From a virus (Duplodnaviria > Heunggongvirae > Uroviricota > Caudoviricetes), in IMG/VR virus record IMGVR_UViG_3300021400_001756, positions 3,744 to 67,743 of that record: DNA of 64,000 nucleotides. The stretch is one strand, 5' to 3'. The notes beneath the pieces are model-generated. The model made no database searches. It saw only the letters and a list, made by a program, of their open reading frames with translations, and had not been told where the DNA came from. Positions 9,791 to 19,723 of this stretch are shown here, in pieces; the first letter of the stretch is position 1, and every line of letters begins with the position of its first letter. Made by a program: the position numbers and the translations under genes.

Positions 9791-10034
9791 CTACTTTCTC
9801 AACTTGCAAACTAACTAACAAGTTCTGTTCTTCACTTTGTGAACTAGTGTTAAAAATTAAGGGCTCACTATCTCCACCTATTTGAACTTTAATCCATGTA
9901 GTATATACAGACGTATTAGCAACCATATTACTAACACTATTTAAAACAGTATTAAAACGAGTATTTAATTTCTCTCTATCCATTGTAGCTACAACGTTAG
10001 AAAAATTTTTACTATACGTACGTCTAGTTACCAC
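9747..10034 (-). CDS. hypothetical tail protein
   Basis: A 95-aa ORF overlapping its neighbours by a few codons, suggesting an operon with translational coupling. Confidence 0.4.
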   Translation of the reverse strand: MVTRRTYSKNFSNVVATMDREKLNTRFNTVLNSVSNMVANTSVYTTWIKVQIGGDSEPLIFNTSSQSEEQNLLVSLQVEKVGARYNKYFYFTIHL

Positions 10035-10449
10035 TTAACACACCTCCTCTATTGTATAAAGAAAGCAGTGGTGGTATACGAAGCTTAGTGCCTATACTAA
10101 GTGTAAATGGGTCTATAATATAATTTGCTAATGCTATAACCCACCAATATCTAGCCGTACCGTAATAATCATTAGCTATAATATCCAATCTATTTTCTTC
10201 ACGTTGTGTTACAACAAAATAAGTATCCTCATTGGATTCATCTATGAACTTTTGAATCCAATTTTCGTCATATACATATTTAGTTTTTTCATCTCTTAAA
10301 CGTCTTATATTAGTATATCTACTTTCATTTGGATATAACCTAGGACTTAAATAAGGCCTTTGAGTAAATATCTCTCTTATATCTTGTAGATATGCTGGCG
10401 AAACATTTTTATATCTTATTGTATACTTTTTTCTATTACTTGTTGACAT
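10024..10449 (-). CDS. LysM-like tail protein (P2 gpX-like)
   Basis: The C-terminal segment VVTQREENRLDIIANDYYGTARYWWVIALANYIIDPFTLSIGTKLRIP has the LysM pattern. Confidence 0.5.
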   Translation of the reverse strand: MSTSNRKKYTIRYKNVSPAYLQDIREIFTQRPYLSPRLYPNESRYTNIRRLRDEKTKYVYDENWIQKFIDESNEDTYFVVTQREENRLDIIANDYYGTARYWWVIALANYIIDPFTLSIGTKLRIPPLLSLYNRGGVLSGN

Positions 10450-10458
10450 ACTTTACAC

Positions 10459-11304
10459 CTACCTTACATCCATTACTTGACCACCCATAGCATTGTCTGT
10501 TCTATAATTAGTTCTTGAACGCATATTATCTCTTTGTAATACATCTGCTCCAGCAGTAGCAATACTAGGAAAATTAGTATTATATGTATTTTGTGTGCTA
10601 GATGAACTATAGTTCTCTATTAAATCTCTAGCTGATACAATGAAATCTGGGTAACAATCCATACTAATATCTACACTATTCCAACCATAAAATGTATTTA
10701 TGATTGGTTTTTTCCATGTAGTAGAGTAGCTTGTTACATAACCCTTTAATATCATTTGTCCAAATATAAAATATGTAGTAGGTGGTATAAGTCCACTACT
10801 TGTATATTGAGGATAACATGCCATTTGTAACATTTTATTCATACTAACATACCAAGTTCTAGTATCGAATGGACCATCTGGAGATTGCTTTTGTTTACCC
10901 GCACTTTGATATGCTGGATGTCCTCCAACACTTAGCATTACATTATTAGTTAACGAATAACTACCTGTTAAAAAGTCCCTATGAAGGTCTAAAGAAAAGT
11001 TTACAGATTTTAAACTAGTATGTGCGTAAGCTGCAATACTTGATGACCTACCTAATGGGTCTTGTTTTTCCCAAGATGGTGATATAGATTCTGTTACTTG
11101 GTCTGGATATGCAGGTATCTCTATTAAATACTCATAATCTCCTCCAACACCAAATCTATTAGGTTTACCATACTTTAGTAACATATAACACTCAAATTGT
11201 TTAAATCCAGGTATACCATTTGTTCCCCAAGCAGGTCCCCAAGCTTCATAATATTCATATCTAGTTTGGGGTGATTGCTCTATAAAATCATCGTATTCTG
11301 GCAT
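10459..11304 (-). CDS. hypothetical tail/baseplate protein
   Basis: A 281-aa ORF in the tail module. Confidence 0.5.
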   Translation of the reverse strand: MPEYDDFIEQSPQTRYEYYEAWGPAWGTNGIPGFKQFECYMLLKYGKPNRFGVGGDYEYLIEIPAYPDQVTESISPSWEKQDPLGRSSSIAAYAHTSLKSVNFSLDLHRDFLTGSYSLTNNVMLSVGGHPAYQSAGKQKQSPDGPFDTRTWYVSMNKMLQMACYPQYTSSGLIPPTTYFIFGQMILKGYVTSYSTTWKKPIINTFYGWNSVDISMDCYPDFIVSARDLIENYSSSSTQNTYNTNFPSIATAGADVLQRDNMRSRTNYRTDNAMGGQVMDVR

Positions 11305-13367
11305 TATTTGCTCACCTCCGAAATATTTTCACTCATGTTTACATCTTGTTCTAGTATAGCTTCAGACTGTACATCTAACCAGCCCAACATAAAAGATATA
11401 TTATAATTACGTAAGTTTTTAGTTGTACCATCTACTTCAGATTCTAATAATTGATAATCCAATTTGTTTACTGTACCGTCTTTATTTATATCTGCTCTGT
11501 TAATTTGTGTTTTACTAACAGGGTTGCGTTCATTATTTAAATACTCTTGTATAATAGCCAAATCTTTACTATCAATTACACCATCGAAATTAACATCTGC
11601 CTTCTGTAATTGTTTTTCTGTTAAGCTTCCTGTACCATTTAGATAGTTACTTAGTAGTGTAAAATCTTCTTGTGTTATATAGCCATCTCCATTTATATCT
11701 GAATTTAAATACTCAATTACACTACGCTCTAAAATTAAATCATCTCTGTTTATTTTACCGTCTCTATTTAAATCACCTATATCATAATAAACAACAGATT
11801 CTTGAAATTGTGTAACTAAATTTCGCATATTATCACTATACTTACCTGGATAAAAATAACTTTTATCATAAGAATGTTCTGGATATTTATCTTTTAATAA
11901 TTTTTGTAGATAAGTTATATCTTCTGAATCACTGTATTTATGAATTGCAATACCTAATAAATAGTTAAAAAATTTATCGTGTATAACCCAATCATTTTCT
12001 GTAAATTCACTAAATGGTATATTAACATCTCTACTATAGTGTCCATCTATTATCAATAAATTTTCAACATTATCTCCAGTACCTTGTATAGAATCTGTTG
12101 TATCATATTTATATGTAACATACCCTAAAGATGGTTGTGAAGATTGACCTGTAATAAATTTATATAATTCTTTAGCATCATTTACATCTATTATACCATC
12201 CTTACTAGCTTTACCATCTACACCGGGAATAGGTATATCCATAACAGCTAATTGTTTAGGTGTTGGATTCCAATGTAGTTCTTCAGAACCAGGTCCTTCA
12301 GCTGTATATCTAGCAAGTAAGTGATAATCTATCATATCTATTTTACCATCAAAGTTAATATCTCCAACACGTAATAGCATTTCTCCTTGTTCATATCCAC
12401 TTAACGAGTTATAATCTGAAGGGCATTGTATACACACATAATTGGCGTTATATCCAGTTCCTTCAGCTTTACTAGTAGTTGTATATTGATAGCCTTCTCC
12501 AGGCTTTAAATCTAATTCTTGTACGTTTTGTAATATAAAACTAGGTATATTATCTCTTAATGTAGCACTACTACATCCAATAACTAAATGTTCTGTTTTA
12601 TTACTATTGTGTGCTATTGTTATTTTCTGTCCGGGTTTACATTTATATAAAGCTATTTTATGTGTTTTAGATGTATCTGGATGAGGTAAATTATCATACC
12701 CCTCTCCATTTCTTATAGCATAATTATACATAAATGAACCATCGAATTGATTTACAAAAACTAACATATCTTTGTTAGGGAAGTAATTTTTACGAGATGA
12801 CTTTTTAATTGTTATATATAATCGTGTATTAAGTATATAATTATCAAATACTTCCAAATCTTCATCATTTACTAAGCCATCTAAATTTATATCAGCTCTT
12901 TTAGTTATTTCTGAATCATATTGCTGTATACCATTAGCTATATTATATATAATTTCTCTATCTTGAGCATCAACAACACCATCTAAATTTATATCCATGT
13001 TAGTATCAAACCAATCAAATGTATCTCCTAATTCCCATCCAACACTAAGACAGTAATTTCTAATATCATTTAATTTTCTATGAATGTATTCAGAGCATTC
13101 CATGGATAATTGTTTAGATGCGTACACAATCTCATCATCTTTAAGTTGTATACTAAATAAAGAGTGTAGTTCCGGAAATAATTGTACTATTTCACGTTGT
13201 ACTTCTGTCATTAACTTAACATTAGGTAAATTTAAATAATTAATCAAAGTATATAAATCTTCTTTTTGAAATTTACCCAATATTTTATTAGACCTTCCGT
13301 ATTCGTTATTTAAAAATCTTTTAAGATATCTAACTAAGTAGTTATCCATACCAAATTTTATATTCAT
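11304..13367 (-). CDS. tail protein with multiple dockerin-type calcium-binding repeats
   Basis: It contains eight D-x-N-x-D-G-x-(I/V)-(D/N)-xx-D repeats (DINLDGVVDAQD, DINLDGLVNDED, DINFDGKIDMID, DLNRDGKINRDD, DINGDGYITQED, DVNFDGVIDSKD, DINKDGTVNKLD and others). These are arranged in pairs, each followed by LxxYL helices, which is the dockerin type I architecture. Confidence 0.6.
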   Translation of the reverse strand: MNIKFGMDNYLVRYLKRFLNNEYGRSNKILGKFQKEDLYTLINYLNLPNVKLMTEVQREIVQLFPELHSLFSIQLKDDEIVYASKQLSMECSEYIHRKLNDIRNYCLSVGWELGDTFDWFDTNMDINLDGVVDAQDREIIYNIANGIQQYDSEITKRADINLDGLVNDEDLEVFDNYILNTRLYITIKKSSRKNYFPNKDMLVFVNQFDGSFMYNYAIRNGEGYDNLPHPDTSKTHKIALYKCKPGQKITIAHNSNKTEHLVIGCSSATLRDNIPSFILQNVQELDLKPGEGYQYTTTSKAEGTGYNANYVCIQCPSDYNSLSGYEQGEMLLRVGDINFDGKIDMIDYHLLARYTAEGPGSEELHWNPTPKQLAVMDIPIPGVDGKASKDGIIDVNDAKELYKFITGQSSQPSLGYVTYKYDTTDSIQGTGDNVENLLIIDGHYSRDVNIPFSEFTENDWVIHDKFFNYLLGIAIHKYSDSEDITYLQKLLKDKYPEHSYDKSYFYPGKYSDNMRNLVTQFQESVVYYDIGDLNRDGKINRDDLILERSVIEYLNSDINGDGYITQEDFTLLSNYLNGTGSLTEKQLQKADVNFDGVIDSKDLAIIQEYLNNERNPVSKTQINRADINKDGTVNKLDYQLLESEVDGTTKNLRNYNISFMLGWLDVQSEAILEQDVNMSENISEVSK

Positions 13368-13413
13368 TTAAAATAGTGCTCCTTATATTATAAACATTTT
13401 TAATTCTGTAATC

Positions 13414-13430
13414 ACTAATATTTTACATAC
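13414..13430 (-). promoter_or_regulatory. conserved promoter-like motif (GTATGTAAAATATTAGTG)
   Basis: About 47 nt upstream of the dockerin-protein start. Confidence 0.4.
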
Positions 13431-13520
13431 TTTTAACATATCCGTATTTATAGGAAATAATAAAAATCTAACGTATTTTTTTTAATACATTAGATTTTAT
13501 TAACTTAATAAATGTATGTT

Positions 13521-16500
13521 TTAATCTTTTATTAAAGAGAATATGGATTTCATTTTTTTCATACTATTACGTGTATTTATATCGGTATCTGTTAAACTAG
13601 GATAACTATCTCCTTGTACAACTCTAATTAACTCATCTATTTTATTACACAATGTTGTAGTTTGGTCTTGTATAATAGTTTCAAAGTTGTAAGATTGATG
13701 TTTAGTATCTCTGTATTCCGATACTAAAGTTCTTAACTCGTTTGCCGTACTTGCTGTTAATACTGCTTCATCCTCATGTAATAATGCTGGGTAATTATCA
13801 TAAGGTACACGATTTAAACCTCTTCTTAATAAGTTAAAGTCTTTCTTAAGTGCTTCTTGCTGGTCATCTCTATCTGGAAAACCTAAATAATTGTAACCAT
13901 CTCCCGTCATTAAATGTACATCATACTTATGTAAAAATTTAAATATATCACGTAATTGCTCTGCACGAGTTATACCAGCTGTATGTAGAGCATCACCTAA
14001 TGCTGATTTATTGTTACTTAAATCTTCAAAATTTAATTCCTCACTGATAGGACCCATAATATCTGATTCCCCAGCTAAACCTTGATACATTGCCGCAATT
14101 TGTAAAGCCGCAGCTACACTCGCTACATTTATACCACTATAAGATTTCTCATGTAATAAAGAGGCTAACATTGCCAATAGTAATTTATTGTATTCTCGGT
14201 CTTTATGATTTCTTTTAAAATCCTCTAAGGCATTACCAGCTTCCTTAGAACCTGATAAATACCAATGTTTAGTTATACCATATTTTTTAGCTGTATTATC
14301 ATCTGACCAGTTAAACATTCTAAGTAATTGATTTTTATAGTATTCTGTACCATAATCCCCATTATTTCCAATGCTGTGGAACATTCCTCCTATTTCCGCC
14401 CCTACGTCTGAAACGCCAACAGCATTAAAAGATAACATATTATTATTGTGAGCCCCAGCTTCTTGACGTTCTCTTGCACCATATGCCTCCTTTGCTCCTT
14501 TAGTATTAGAAATAGTGCCAGACGCTACAGCATAATTTATAGCTTTTTGTTTTGCATCTTTATCCTTAGAATCTTCATCTTTTTTACGACTTTCTGCTGC
14601 AATTCCAGATGCAACAGCTGCTAAAGCTGCAACACCTACACCTACACCTGCTACAGCTAAACCTATTGGTCCTGTAGCTGCTAAACCAGAACCTATAGTT
14701 TTTATCAATCCGCCACTAGCTGCTAATCCCTTACCGCCGGAACCTCCAATCATACCTGCTATATTACCTATACCATCAGTAAATATCTTAGTGATGAGGA
14801 TGGTGCCAATACTTTTAATTGCATCTACTATTAAATCTCCTACAACACCCATCTTTGCTTGTAATTTTGCCATTTCTGTACTTATATTTTCCATAGTTAA
14901 CTCTTGCATCTCTTTTTCAGTGTTGTAAATACCATCAACTAAGTTTTGTGTTTCTTGTTCACTTGCTGCTACAACTTGTTCCTTAGTTAAGTTTGTTTGG
15001 TCTACCAAAGATGAACCAGTTATACCTTTCTCCTTTAATTGATACATTGCTCTTCTATTGCCAGGATTAATACCTAAAGCACTACCTACAATGTTAGTAG
15101 TTAATCCCTGTCTTGCATTACCGTATCCAGGAGCGTTACCCATTAACATCATATCTGCATCAACCATGACACCCATAGCATCATTCCATTTTGTTGGGTC
15201 CTCGTAGTCAATACCCTGAGCTATATTATTGATAACATGCATCTTTTGAGCAACTGTACCGTTTTGTATCATTGAATCAGAATAATTCATCATTTGGAAC
15301 AATTCTTTTCCATATGATTCTGCTACATCTTTACTAACTCCTTGTTTTATAAGAGAGTTCACATAAGCAGTAACTTCTGCTGAACCTTGTGCTAAATCTT
15401 CCAGTGCTTTATCAGATATTGGTTGTACCTCGTTAATAATGGTATTTAACATATCCTGAGTAGCATAATTATTACCGGCTATCTCTTTATTAAGTACATT
15501 TATTCCTCTAATATCCTTAACAAACCTATTATCCAATCTATTGTTGATAAGGCTAAATTCTGTACTTGTTGTATCCAAATAAGGTACTATTTTTTGAGTA
15601 ACTACTGTATCTAAAGCCGATTCAAATACTTGTCCCTCACTCATACCGGTTTTTGCTAAAACATCCCATTGCTCCATAACTGTGGATGTACCAACATTAT
15701 CTATTAAACCAGCAGATTTAATATTTCTGTTGGCATTGGTCCACTGACTTCTATATGTATCCCTATTTATATTCAAACGTGCGGCTACACTATCATAAGT
15801 ATTATTATAAGCATCTACTTGTTTTTGTGCACCACTAAAAAATAAATCCATAAATTTTTTAGCTACGCTAGATAAAAGTTTACCTGCTTCGTTAAGTACA
15901 TCTCCAGCTAAACTTAATTTTTTATTTGCATCATCTCTATTTTTATTAGCTTTTTTAGCTTCTGGACTTTTTAATCTATCTTCTTCTAATCGTCTTTCGG
16001 CAATTTCACGAACTTTTGACTCTTCTATGTTGTGTCCTTTATCTTGTAATCTTTTTAAAATTGCTTTAGTCTCATTATTTAAAACTTTTTCCTGTGAATT
16101 AAAGATACTTTTATCTCTAACATACGAACCCCAATTTAAAATACCATAATTTTTAAACTTAGGTCCTTGTTTATTAAGTTGTTCTTGTTTTAATCTTCTA
16201 GCTTCTTCAGCTCTTTCTTGTTGTCTTTGTCTTACTGTTTTTTGTGTAGTTTTTTGACCTTTCTCTAATTGTTGATTTTGCTGCTTAAGGATATTTAGTA
16301 ACACTAATGCTTCATTAGCTTCTTTTTGCATAGCTTTTAGAGAATTTTCATCTATACGAGCACCTTCTGTCTTAATTTTTATGCTCATACCCTCTAAACT
16401 ATTTATTATTTTTTGTTTTTTGTCAATCCAATTTTCTACCTCTTTACTAGATGAATCTGCGAAATTATCTAGTAGATTATTTAGTTGTGTTAACATATCT

Positions 16501-16580
16501 GCAGCTTTTTGTAAGTTGTCTATATCTACCATACTCCAACTTTTTCCAAGAGCTGATATTGATTGTTTTCCTTTAGGCAT
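13521..16580 (-). CDS. tail tape measure protein
   Basis: It is 1019 aa with an N-terminal coiled coil, a central Gly/Ala-rich hydrophobic segment and a long helical C-terminus, and lies upstream of the baseplate genes. Confidence 0.8.
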   Translation of the reverse strand: MPKGKQSISALGKSWSMVDIDNLQKAADMLTQLNNLLDNFADSSSKEVENWIDKKQKIINSLEGMSIKIKTEGARIDENSLKAMQKEANEALVLLNILKQQNQQLEKGQKTTQKTVRQRQQERAEEARRLKQEQLNKQGPKFKNYGILNWGSYVRDKSIFNSQEKVLNNETKAILKRLQDKGHNIEESKVREIAERRLEEDRLKSPEAKKANKNRDDANKKLSLAGDVLNEAGKLLSSVAKKFMDLFFSGAQKQVDAYNNTYDSVAARLNINRDTYRSQWTNANRNIKSAGLIDNVGTSTVMEQWDVLAKTGMSEGQVFESALDTVVTQKIVPYLDTTSTEFSLINNRLDNRFVKDIRGINVLNKEIAGNNYATQDMLNTIINEVQPISDKALEDLAQGSAEVTAYVNSLIKQGVSKDVAESYGKELFQMMNYSDSMIQNGTVAQKMHVINNIAQGIDYEDPTKWNDAMGVMVDADMMLMGNAPGYGNARQGLTTNIVGSALGINPGNRRAMYQLKEKGITGSSLVDQTNLTKEQVVAASEQETQNLVDGIYNTEKEMQELTMENISTEMAKLQAKMGVVGDLIVDAIKSIGTILITKIFTDGIGNIAGMIGGSGGKGLAASGGLIKTIGSGLAATGPIGLAVAGVGVGVAALAAVASGIAAESRKKDEDSKDKDAKQKAINYAVASGTISNTKGAKEAYGARERQEAGAHNNNMLSFNAVGVSDVGAEIGGMFHSIGNNGDYGTEYYKNQLLRMFNWSDDNTAKKYGITKHWYLSGSKEAGNALEDFKRNHKDREYNKLLLAMLASLLHEKSYSGINVASVAAALQIAAMYQGLAGESDIMGPISEELNFEDLSNNKSALGDALHTAGITRAEQLRDIFKFLHKYDVHLMTGDGYNYLGFPDRDDQQEALKKDFNLLRRGLNRVPYDNYPALLHEDEAVLTASTANELRTLVSEYRDTKHQSYNFETIIQDQTTTLCNKIDELIRVVQGDSYPSLTDTDINTRNSMKKMKSIFSLIKD

Positions 16581-16615
16581 TATTATTACTCCTTATCTCA
16601 ATAAAAATACTAATT

Positions 16616-16632
16616 TCAATAATATTTTACAC
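16616..16632 (-). promoter_or_regulatory. conserved promoter-like motif (GTGTAAAATATTATTGA)
   Basis: About 36 nt upstream of the tape-measure start. Confidence 0.4.
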
Positions 16633-16678
16633 TATTTTTGTATATGTAAATTTTTCAAAATATTTTACGTTAAGGTAT

Positions 16679-16707
16679 TTACATTTTTTAAAATATATGT
16701 TATACTA
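16679..16707 (+). promoter_or_regulatory. sigma-70-like promoter for the plus-strand island (TTTACA-N17-TATACT)
   Basis: Consensus-like -35 and -10 elements lie about 60 nt upstream of the aagggaggtg RBS and the ATG at 16768. Confidence 0.4.
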
Positions 16708-16767
16708 TATATAATAAAATAAATTATTGATTTAAACAAAGTTTATAATTTAAGGGAGGTGTAATAT

Positions 16768-17007
16768 ATGAAAGTGAAAGATGTATATAAAAAATACAAA
16801 GGATATACAATAATGTTATTTGGAAAACCTCTAAGTGAATCAAGTACACCATTTACACACTTACCTAAAAATAAAGACTTAAATGAATGTACTGTAGTAG
16901 ATATAAAAGTAGAAGAACGAAAGCAAACAATAATATCATTCAATATAAATTTAACAAAAGGTAAAAAAGAGGAATCTTTAGGAGATGTTTATTGTTATAT
17001 TAAATAA
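16768..17007 (+). CDS. hypothetical protein, first gene of the plus-strand island
   Basis: Strong RBS aagggaggtg, 79 aa. Confidence 0.55.
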   Translation: MKVKDVYKKYKGYTIMLFGKPLSESSTPFTHLPKNKDLNECTVVDIKVEERKQTIISFNINLTKGKKEESLGDVYCYIK

Positions 17008-17024
17008 AAAAGGGGGTGTTTATT

Positions 17025-17573
17025 ATGTATGACCCAAACAGACCACATGCAAATGATTATAAGTACAGAAATTTACCATTTCAAGAGAAATTAGCTCAAT
17101 CAGAAAGAGATGCAATGTTATATGATATTCAACAATCATTAAAAGCTCAACAAAATAATAATGCTAGTTCTACAAATTACTCAAGTTCTACCAGTCATTC
17201 AATTCCAACTGGAACTGGATATTATTTAACATCAAACAACTACACTAAAAAAGATTTAAGAAAATTGGACAGATTAGAAAGTTATTCATTCAGTTTACTT
17301 ACACCTACATTTTTAGCTTTATTTGCAACTGTGATAGTTGGAGTAACTGTAATGTTTAACTCAACAGCAGATGATAATTTACCATTTTATATTTCAGCAG
17401 GTTTTTTAGTAGTATTTGGAGGATTACACATTATAGTTAATGTAATTAAAGCTTATATGCAAACAGAATATTATATCGAAAAACATCATGATGAAGTAGT
17501 TAGAGAAAATAGAGAATTAGTTAAAAGAGCAAGACAACAGCAATTAGAAAGAGAATCAAGAAGGGAGGAATAG
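17025..17573 (+). CDS. membrane protein (two predicted transmembrane helices)
   Basis: A probable start at the second ATG, with an aggggg RBS. It has an S/T/N-rich N-terminal region, hydrophobic segments LLTPTFLALFATVIVGVTVMF and FYISAGFLVVFGGLHIIVNVI, and a charged C-terminus. Confidence 0.55.
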   Translation: MYDPNRPHANDYKYRNLPFQEKLAQSERDAMLYDIQQSLKAQQNNNASSTNYSSSTSHSIPTGTGYYLTSNNYTKKDLRKLDRLESYSFSLLTPTFLALFATVIVGVTVMFNSTADDNLPFYISAGFLVVFGGLHIIVNVIKAYMQTEYYIEKHHDEVVRENRELVKRARQQQLERESRREE

Positions 17574-17577
17574 CTAT

Positions 17578-17976
17578 ATGATTATAAGAGTTACATTTAA
17601 CAACAATGATTACCAAAATTTGTTGGAAAGTCAGTTTAAATATGGATTATCTACATCATTTTTAACAGTTAAATCTCAATATATTAGCAGTGAATCAGAA
17701 GAAGCTTTGAAAAAATACAAGGATATAAGTGTGTTGCAGGATAGTATATTTCATAAATTAAACAGTGAAAAGGAACTAACTTTAGAAGAAAAACAACAGT
17801 TAATAAATATTATTAAGGAAGCCTATAAAATCGTTATAGAAAGTCAATATAAAAATAGTAAATCTTATTTATTAAATAGCTTAACTGTAGATATCATAAA
17901 CAGTTTTAAAGATAAATGGGAGAATGGAGAAGTATTATATTACTTTTCATCGGCAGATAAATTTATTATAGAATAG
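17578..17976 (+). CDS. hypothetical protein
   Basis: A 132-aa ORF coupled to the upstream gene (the stop and start are 4 nt apart). Confidence 0.5.
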   Translation: MIIRVTFNNNDYQNLLESQFKYGLSTSFLTVKSQYISSESEEALKKYKDISVLQDSIFHKLNSEKELTLEEKQQLINIIKEAYKIVIESQYKNSKSYLLNSLTVDIINSFKDKWENGEVLYYFSSADKFIIE

Positions 17977-17989
17977 GAGGTGAATTGTT

Positions 17990-18153
17990 ATGACAGATAA
18001 AGAAAAATATATAGCTTATGAAAAAGTAAGAAGAAGTGGTGTAACAAATATGTTCGATATAATTACTGTAGAAGCATTAAGTGGTTTAAGTAAAGAAGAT
18101 ATAATTTATGTTATGAAAAACTACACAGAATTAAATAAAAAGTATAATTATTA
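17990..18153 (+). CDS. small hypothetical protein (about 54 aa)
   Basis: An aggaggtg RBS lies 7 nt upstream. It is below the track's size cut-off. Confidence 0.4.
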
Positions 18154-18182
18154 AAAATTACGTTATAAGAAGGTGAAAGTTT

Positions 18183-18603
18183 ATGAGACTATGGCATTAT
18201 AAATTAATCCCAGTATTACCTAATAAAATGTTGGTTAGTCAATGGCGTAAATGTATAGCTATTAAAAGACAATGGGAAAGACGGTACATTAAAAAACAAG
18301 TTGGTTAATTATGTTATGGACCACCCTAAAAGTTATTTTATAGACTATGTAATATATATAATAACTGAGATGGACAATAGAAAAATTAAATATCAAGGTA
18401 AATATTATTTAGAAATTCTTCATTTTTGTAAAAAAGTTAATGGAAATTATATGTATCCAGAACATAATAACAGATATCTGTTACAATGTTACTATAACTT
18501 ACAAGAACAATACGACCGTGGTATTATAAATGAGTTAGAATGGAACAGAATTAAAGAAACTGTCAATGTTGCTAAATGTTTAATGTACAGTAACGACACA
18601 TAA
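18183..18603 (+). CDS. TIGR02328-family (Pyr_excise-related) protein, interrupted by a +1 frameshift in an A6 run near 18291-18296
   Basis: The N-terminal frame reads MRLWHYKLIPVLPNKMLVSQWRKCIAIKRQWERRYIKKQVG*. The continuation LVNYVMDHPKSYF... is in the +1 frame (track ORF 18301..18603). Homologs, as I recall them, read MRLWHxxLIPxLPRQQLLGQHRE....VNYVFKHSP as one continuous protein. Confidence 0.55.
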
Positions 18604-18604
18604 T

Positions 18605-18645
18605 AAATTAAAAAAGTAAGTGTATTTAAACACCTACTTTTTATT
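18605..18645. terminator. bidirectional rho-independent terminator
   Basis: An imperfect hairpin agtaagtgt-attta-aacacctact is flanked by an A-run and a T-run, between convergent genes. Confidence 0.5.
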
Positions 18646-18888
18646 TTTTGCATTATCTAATGCTTTACGTTTTGCTTCATTTTCTTCTTTCTTTAATTCT
18701 ATAAGTTTATTGATAACATAAATTCGTTCATACTCATCCATATTATTTGTATCCTCAAAACTAATTCCAGAAGATAATTGACATATAACTATTTGTTGGT
18801 CTAGGATATCATTTAGGTCCTCTTTATTGTATTGATTTTTCTTTTCTTTGTACTCTTTATTTTTAGAATCATTAGATATCCTCATCAC
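18634..18888 (-). CDS. hypothetical protein (charged, coiled-coil)
   Basis: 84-aa ORF. Confidence 0.45.
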   Translation of the reverse strand: MMRISNDSKNKEYKEKKNQYNKEDLNDILDQQIVICQLSSGISFEDTNNMDEYERIYVINKLIELKKEENEAKRKALDNAKNKK

Positions 18889-19663
18889 TGGGATTGAATA
18901 GTTCGTATGTTATAGGTAAACCATGTGTTACTTCACTTTTACACTTAGGACAAAGTGTTTTTAAATCTTGAGATAAACCATAATCAGCACTTAACTTATT
19001 TATAGCTTTTCTTAGTGTTTTAAAGTCTACTATATCCATACTGTTAATATAATCTTCTTTTTCCTCTGCTAATAGTGTTTTACCATTAACCTTATCTATA
19101 TATATTAAATTAGTTTCTGTAAGTAACTTTTCTTGTCTATTAACATTAGGAAATCTATCGAAGAATTCTTCAAGAGTTTCTCCTAACTTAATAAGTTTAT
19201 TTAAATTTGGTACATCTAAATCTATTGTTTGTTTAGATATAGGTAACGTTACTTTTAGCTTATCTTTAATATCATCTGTTAAGTAATCTACAGGAACATC
19301 TGATAAATGAATTTCATGTATAAATTGAGCACCACAATGTGGACATGTAACTGTTACTTTGTATTTATCTGTTAATAAGCTTAATACCCTTAGTTTAAAT
19401 AATAAAAAGTTTGCATCCGATAACTTTAATTTTCCACAATCAACTGGAACTTGTGATACAATACAAGCATTTAATAAATCTTTAGTTACTTGTGTGTTGT
19501 CGTCACTTCTATATCTTAATTTTTCCTCAGCTGTTGTCATTCTTCTTAGTGTGATTGCTTCAGGTATACCATCCTCAGGTTTGTATAACAAACCTCTACT
19601 AGGTAATGTAAATGTATCCTGTTGTTTAATATTAGTTATTTCTGGCATAATGTCTTTTTCCAT
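18872..19663 (-). CDS. hypothetical protein with two CxxC pairs (zinc ribbon)
   Basis: CPHCG ... CPKCK. It lies directly downstream of the terminase large subunit gene. Confidence 0.5.
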   Translation of the reverse strand: MEKDIMPEITNIKQQDTFTLPSRGLLYKPEDGIPEAITLRRMTTAEEKLRYRSDDNTQVTKDLLNACIVSQVPVDCGKLKLSDANFLLFKLRVLSLLTDKYKVTVTCPHCGAQFIHEIHLSDVPVDYLTDDIKDKLKVTLPISKQTIDLDVPNLNKLIKLGETLEEFFDRFPNVNRQEKLLTETNLIYIDKVNGKTLLAEEKEDYINSMDIVDFKTLRKAINKLSADYGLSQDLKTLCPKCKSEVTHGLPITYELFNPSDEDI

Positions 19664-19723
19664 AATATCTCTAATCTACCTCCATTTAATTTTTTATATT
19701 ATTATACATATATAATAACATCT

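Noticed and set aside
11464-11646. Plus-strand 60-aa ORF
   Set aside because: It is antisense within the dockerin-repeat gene.
16381-16722. Plus-strand 113-aa ORF overlapping the tape-measure start
   Set aside because: It overlaps the 5' end of the tape-measure gene and its promoter region. It is F/I/L-rich with no RBS.
16743-16943. Minus-strand 66-aa ORF overlapping plus-strand gene 16768..17007
   Set aside because: The plus-strand gene has a strong RBS and starts the island. The minus ORF has no RBS.
19359-19715. Plus-strand 118-aa ORF
   Set aside because: It is antisense to 18872..19663, with hydrophobic low-complexity composition.
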